The notes below the pieces were generated by a model. That model was not told the origin of the DNA. It did no database searches and worked only from the letters and a program-made list of their open reading frames with translations. 64,000 bases of DNA. Source: an uncultured virus (IMG/VR IMGVR_UViG_3300015373_000001) (lineage: Duplodnaviria; Heunggongvirae; Uroviricota; Caudoviricetes). Positions 60,043-64,000 of this stretch are shown here, piece after piece (within the stretch, counting starts at the first letter, position 1; every line of letters begins with the position of its first letter). The stretch covers positions 1 to 64,000 of the IMG/VR virus record IMGVR_UViG_3300015373_000001, one strand, 5' to 3'. Both the position numbers and the translations under genes were made by a program.

Positions 60043-60657
60043 TCAGGCGAGAGAGAGTCCGTCTTCGGTGGACACTCCGCCGTAGAAGCGTCTGTCGAAG
60101 TAGTCGATCTGCGGCTCGCTGCCGTCGTGGTTGTAGGCGTTGGAGACGGCCTTCAGTTCTTTGGCCAGGGCGCGGAGGGCGTCAGTGGGCATGGCGCGCT
60201 CGTGGCCCCAGTCGTCGGTGACGGTGGTGAATCCCCACAGGTCGGGGATGTTCTTGACCGTGATTTCGATGCTTCCGCCGCCGCTGTAGTAGGAGGTGCG
60301 GACACTGAAGGTGATCTGGTCGGGGGCGTCGCCGATGGGGTCGATGACGGCGATGTCGCCGGGGACGGCCGGGGTTGTCTTGGCCAGTTTGCGGGCCAGG
60401 GCGAGGTCGGCGCGGATCATTTTGGCGATCTCGGTGAGGGTCTTGCCGGTGGTGAGGTGGTACTTGTCGCCGTACCAGCGGTTGTAGAGGTTCCAGCCGC
60501 TTTCGCCGCCGTCGGTCTTGGCCTGGCCGTTGAGGAGGCGGGCGAGGGCGCGGGCGGCGTTGCTGCGTTCGCCGTCGCCGGTGGTCTTGCGCTCGATGAT
60601 GGCGCGCAGGGTGGCGATGCGGCGTTCGCGGCGGTCGGCCTTGGTGGTGGTGCTCAT
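60043..60657 (-). CDS. LPD29-like domain protein
   Basis: EIAKMIRADL...FSVRTSYYSGGGSI...YNHDGSEPQIDYFD. Confidence 0.6.
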   Translation of the reverse strand: MSTTTKADRRERRIATLRAIIERKTTGDGERSNAARALARLLNGQAKTDGGESGWNLYNRWYGDKYHLTTGKTLTEIAKMIRADLALARKLAKTTPAVPGDIAVIDPIGDAPDQITFSVRTSYYSGGGSIEITVKNIPDLWGFTTVTDDWGHERAMPTDALRALAKELKAVSNAYNHDGSEPQIDYFDRRFYGGVSTEDGLSLA

Positions 60658-60695
60658 GTTCTGCTCCTGTACGTTGGTCGCTCTCCAACACCACC

Positions 60696-60725
60696 AACGT
60701 ACAGTCATTTAGCGTCTCAGGTCAA
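60696..60725 (-). promoter_or_regulatory. Promoter with CGCTAAATG spacer motif
   Basis: TTGACC-TGAGACGCTAAATGACTG-TACGTT, then GAGCGACC and AGGAG RBS. Confidence 0.75.
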
Positions 60726-61438
60726 GGGGTTGGGGGGCGCAGCATCTTCGCGAACTCTGTCACCTGCTCATCCATCAGCGTGATCGTCAACAGCCGCCGA
60801 TCGTTGATGTGCCGCATGCGCACGGACACGACGAAGTCCAACGGTGCGTTCATCGCGGTGAAGAAGTCGGTGATGGTGTCGTAGTCGGCGCCGAACTTCT
60901 CCCGCACCTCCGCCTCTTCTGCCTCCCGGGCCTTCCTCGCTTCCGCGATCTCCGCCTTCGTCTTCGCGTCCTGCTCTGCCACGAGCGCCTGGTAGGCATC
61001 CGGCAGGATGACCCACAGTGCGCGGGCGTTCGGCTGGTGATACACAGCGCCGTACTTGCTCACCAGGAAGCCGAAGGTGTCCACAGTGAACCGCAGCGTC
61101 TGGTCGGACTCCCACTGGAAGTCGTAGCGGTCGGCGTCCGGTGCGTCCGGCGGCAGCGGCACCATCTGGTCCGTCAGGCTGCCGTCGATCTCGCTGCGCC
61201 AGATCATCACCTGCCCCGCTTTGCAGGCCGCCCTCAGCCACTCCAACGCCTTGTCCTGGTGGGTGTGCAGCGCGGACGCCAGGTAGCGGACGACATACTC
61301 CTGCCGGACGAACTCCGCTTCGCTGCCGTCGTCTGCTCTGATGCGGTGCGCGGGCCAGCCGTGCATGCCGTTCTTCGACGGCATCTCCCGCAGTGCGGCG
61401 GCCACCTCTTCGGGGGTCGCAGGGACACGCTTAGCCAT
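60722..61438 (-). CDS. Hypothetical protein
   Basis: 238-aa tiled ORF. Confidence 0.6.
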   Translation of the reverse strand: MAKRVPATPEEVAAALREMPSKNGMHGWPAHRIRADDGSEAEFVRQEYVVRYLASALHTHQDKALEWLRAACKAGQVMIWRSEIDGSLTDQMVPLPPDAPDADRYDFQWESDQTLRFTVDTFGFLVSKYGAVYHQPNARALWVILPDAYQALVAEQDAKTKAEIAEARKAREAEEAEVREKFGADYDTITDFFTAMNAPLDFVVSVRMRHINDRRLLTITLMDEQVTEFAKMLRPPTP

Positions 61439-61720
61439 GGTCTTCTCCTGTCGCGCATTCGGGTGCGGTGGTGTGGAGTTCGCCGCAGGGGCACATGTGC
61501 AGGCCAGCCGCAGCCGCTTCTGTCGCCATCCGGTCCATCACGGCGGGATAGTGGCCCATGCGGTTTTGCGTCTTCAGTTCGAGCTTCAGCAGTCTGCACG
61601 TGTTGTCGTGGTTGAATCCGAACTCCTCGCGGATCACCTGCCATTTGCCGAGCATTGGCCGGTCCGCGTCGTAGGCGGCCACCAGTTCCTCCAGAACCCT
61701 GGCGAGGTCTTCTCCGGCGC

Positions 61721-62191
61721 TCATCCCAGAACCTCCTTCAGGGCTTCGACTGCGGGAACCAAGGTGATGGTCCCATCGGGGTTGTGCGCGGCCACCATCC
61801 GGTCGGGCCGGTCCGGGAACGTGTGGATGTCGCCCCACCGGGAGGCGGGGATGCGACCGGGCAGGACATACCAGTGGACGGCCGCCTCCATGCCGCCGCC
61901 GTGGTGGATCAGGCTGTCACGGACATCGCGGCGCATCTTCGACAGGGCGGGCGGCCAGTCGAGCCAGCGGATCGCGGGCACGTTCACGGTGATCCGTACT
62001 TGCTTCTTGTCGTACAGCGACCCTTCCATGCCGTGGGAGACGTCGCCCAGGTCGGGCAGGTCTGTCAGCCACACCACCTGCGGTCCGGCGTTCGGGACGG
62101 TGCGGGAGAAGTTCGACTCGGTCGGCCGGATCACCCCGTCTGCCTGGATCTTCGGCAGGTGGTACAGGCTGGTGAAGTGGTAGAGGGTCAC
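61721..62191 (-). CDS. Putative ADP-ribosyltransferase-like protein
   Basis: LYHFT..HLPKIQADGVIRP...VVWLT N-terminus. Confidence 0.45.
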   Translation of the reverse strand: MTLYHFTSLYHLPKIQADGVIRPTESNFSRTVPNAGPQVVWLTDLPDLGDVSHGMEGSLYDKKQVRITVNVPAIRWLDWPPALSKMRRDVRDSLIHHGGGMEAAVHWYVLPGRIPASRWGDIHTFPDRPDRMVAAHNPDGTITLVPAVEALKEVLG

Positions 62192-62576
62192 GACGCACCA
62201 TCCTTCCCGCCCGAACCGGGCAGCAGGACGCCCAGGGGGGCCCTACGGCGCTCCGCACGGGTGCGGGCGGCCCCGACAGCACGGGCGGCGTCAGCGCGGC
62301 GCAGCGACTCGTACCGGTCCGGGCGAGCCACCCCGGCGTTGTCCACCCTGCGAGACAGGATGTGCAGGTAGGCGACCTCCGATTCGATCGTGACGGCTAC
62401 CCGCCACGACAATTCGGCCCGGCCCGCCGGATCCGGCGCCGTCGCAGGGTCGGGGCGGGGGGAGGCGAACTCCCACGCGATGCACTCCTCCAGCCACGCG
62501 GCGTGCGCGGGCCGGTCGGCGGTCGCTTCGCGAAGCGCGGCAAGCCGCTCCTGGACGATCTCTTGATTTCTGTCGT

Positions 62577-63425
62577 TCAACGGATCTTCCCTGTCTCGGG
62601 GCAGATGGAGTCGAGGCGGTGCTGCTGACCGGTGAAGCGGGTGATGGTGGCGCGGCGGCCGAAGTTGTTGACGTGGACCACGTCGTAGGTCTCCAACGTC
62701 CCGGACACGGCGCCCTGCTGCCGCCATGTGGTCACGAGGTCGCGGGCTGACGCTTCGGTCAGGCCGAACTGTGCTGCGGTGCTGCCCCGGTCGGATTCCC
62801 AGCGCAGTTCGTAGGCAAGGTGATGCTCATGCCCCTCAGGAACGTAGGCGACCGGCTTCCGGTAAGGATACGGAGCGCCGACGGCCGGGACCGGCTTACC
62901 GTCCACCTCGTACGGCATGACGCCGAACGAGCGGACCCAGCCGACCACCGGGTGATCAGGCAGGTACAGGAAGGTTCCGGTGACGACGCGCCTGGCGTGG
63001 TCGATCTTCACGTCCTTCGCGCGCAGCGCTTCCGCCGACATCGCAATGTCGCGCAGGCGCCGGTCGATCTCTTCCTGCGGCATGTCCCGGGACGGGGTGA
63101 CGGTGTCGCGGGTGCCCATCATGAACGAGCCTGCGATCTTGTATTCGGCGTGCCGGAAGTTGGCGGTCGCCTCGAATGCGAAACGGTTCTCCGCCCCGTA
63201 CGGCATCCACGGGTAGACGCTGACGTCAGGGTCGGTCCAGTAGGCGACGCCGCCACCCGTGCACGGCACGTACCTGTGCGGCAGCATCTCTGTCAGCTTC
63301 ACCGACGGGGAACACGTGCGGGTCATCTCCCGCAGGTGGTGACCGAGGACGAAGGTGCAGGTGTCGTGGGCGTCGGCGATCTCCTGCATCGACACCGGCC
63401 TCTTGTCCAAGCTGTAGTGGCTCAT
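62577..63425 (-). CDS. Hypothetical protein
   Basis: 282-aa tiled ORF. Confidence 0.6.
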   Translation of the reverse strand: MSHYSLDKRPVSMQEIADAHDTCTFVLGHHLREMTRTCSPSVKLTEMLPHRYVPCTGGGVAYWTDPDVSVYPWMPYGAENRFAFEATANFRHAEYKIAGSFMMGTRDTVTPSRDMPQEEIDRRLRDIAMSAEALRAKDVKIDHARRVVTGTFLYLPDHPVVGWVRSFGVMPYEVDGKPVPAVGAPYPYRKPVAYVPEGHEHHLAYELRWESDRGSTAAQFGLTEASARDLVTTWRQQGAVSGTLETYDVVHVNNFGRRATITRFTGQQHRLDSICPETGKIR

Positions 63426-64000
63426 GACGCCGCCTGTCGCAGGGCTGCCGCACGCTGGTCGATCAAGTACAGCAGGGTCTCGAACATGTCGAGGGTCATG
63501 GTCACGGCCGTCACCTCAAGTTTCGGGAGGCCGTCCGGGCGCGGACCGTACAGGTAGTCGATCAGGGAGGCGAACATGGCGCCGGTCAGGGTCAGCCCGG
63601 TCACGGTGCCGTCGATGCCGCGCTTCAGCTCGATCGGCTCGAACATGATGCGGGACGCGATTCTGCCGTTTACCGCGTACTGGCCGAACTCGTCGATCAG
63701 CTTGGCGGCACGTTCCTCGGTGGTGGTGTTCATGGTCAGCTCCTCGTGAAGTAGTCGGCGACGGCGGTACGAACGGAGCGCATCGCCTGGTGCTTGTAGC
63801 GTCACCGTCAAGGCGCAGGAAACGCCCCCGGACCACGAGATCCGAGGGCGCAGGCCGGTCAGCCGCACTGCATGAAGTGGACCTGCTCCAGGCCCTCCTC
63901 CAGCGGCCACAGGAAGCGGGCGCTGGCCGGGTCGTCCAGGGTGGCCGTCGGCTCGTCCCAGTCCTGGGACGGGTTGACGTACAGCCAGCCGTTCCGGGGG

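Overview
High-GC (about 69% by eye) segment of a large actinomycete tailed phage or prophage, almost entirely transcribed on the minus strand. It encodes a portal-MuF fusion, terminase large subunit, VRR-NUC nuclease, beta clamp, a 1661-aa methylase/SNF2 (DarB-like) protein, DnaB, SSB, dCTP deaminase, NUDIX and RNase H-like proteins, tail/decoration proteins, an amidase endolysin and many small unknown genes. The RNA content is the striking part. (1) A plus-strand Ro60/TROVE gene is preceded by two Y RNAs, one a YrlA-type permuted tRNA mimic. (2) A 13.5-kb tRNA array (26.7-40.15 kb) holds about 38 tRNAs covering all 20 amino acids. These include 8/4 Sec-like tRNAs (Ser-GGA, His-GTG and one with an ambiguous TTA/TAA loop) and two Leu tRNAs without a variable arm. 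(3) Between the tRNAs lie about 7 tRNA-like molecules with missing, degenerate or enlarged anticodon arms, plus structured non-tRNA RNAs: a duplicated ~88-nt RNA, double-T-loop RNAs and a ~190-nt double-pseudoknot RNA. Two repeated motifs (CGCTAAATG in promoter spacers, GAGCGACC in 5' leaders) suggest a phage-wide regulon. All folds, anticodons and family assignments were made by eye and need confirmation.
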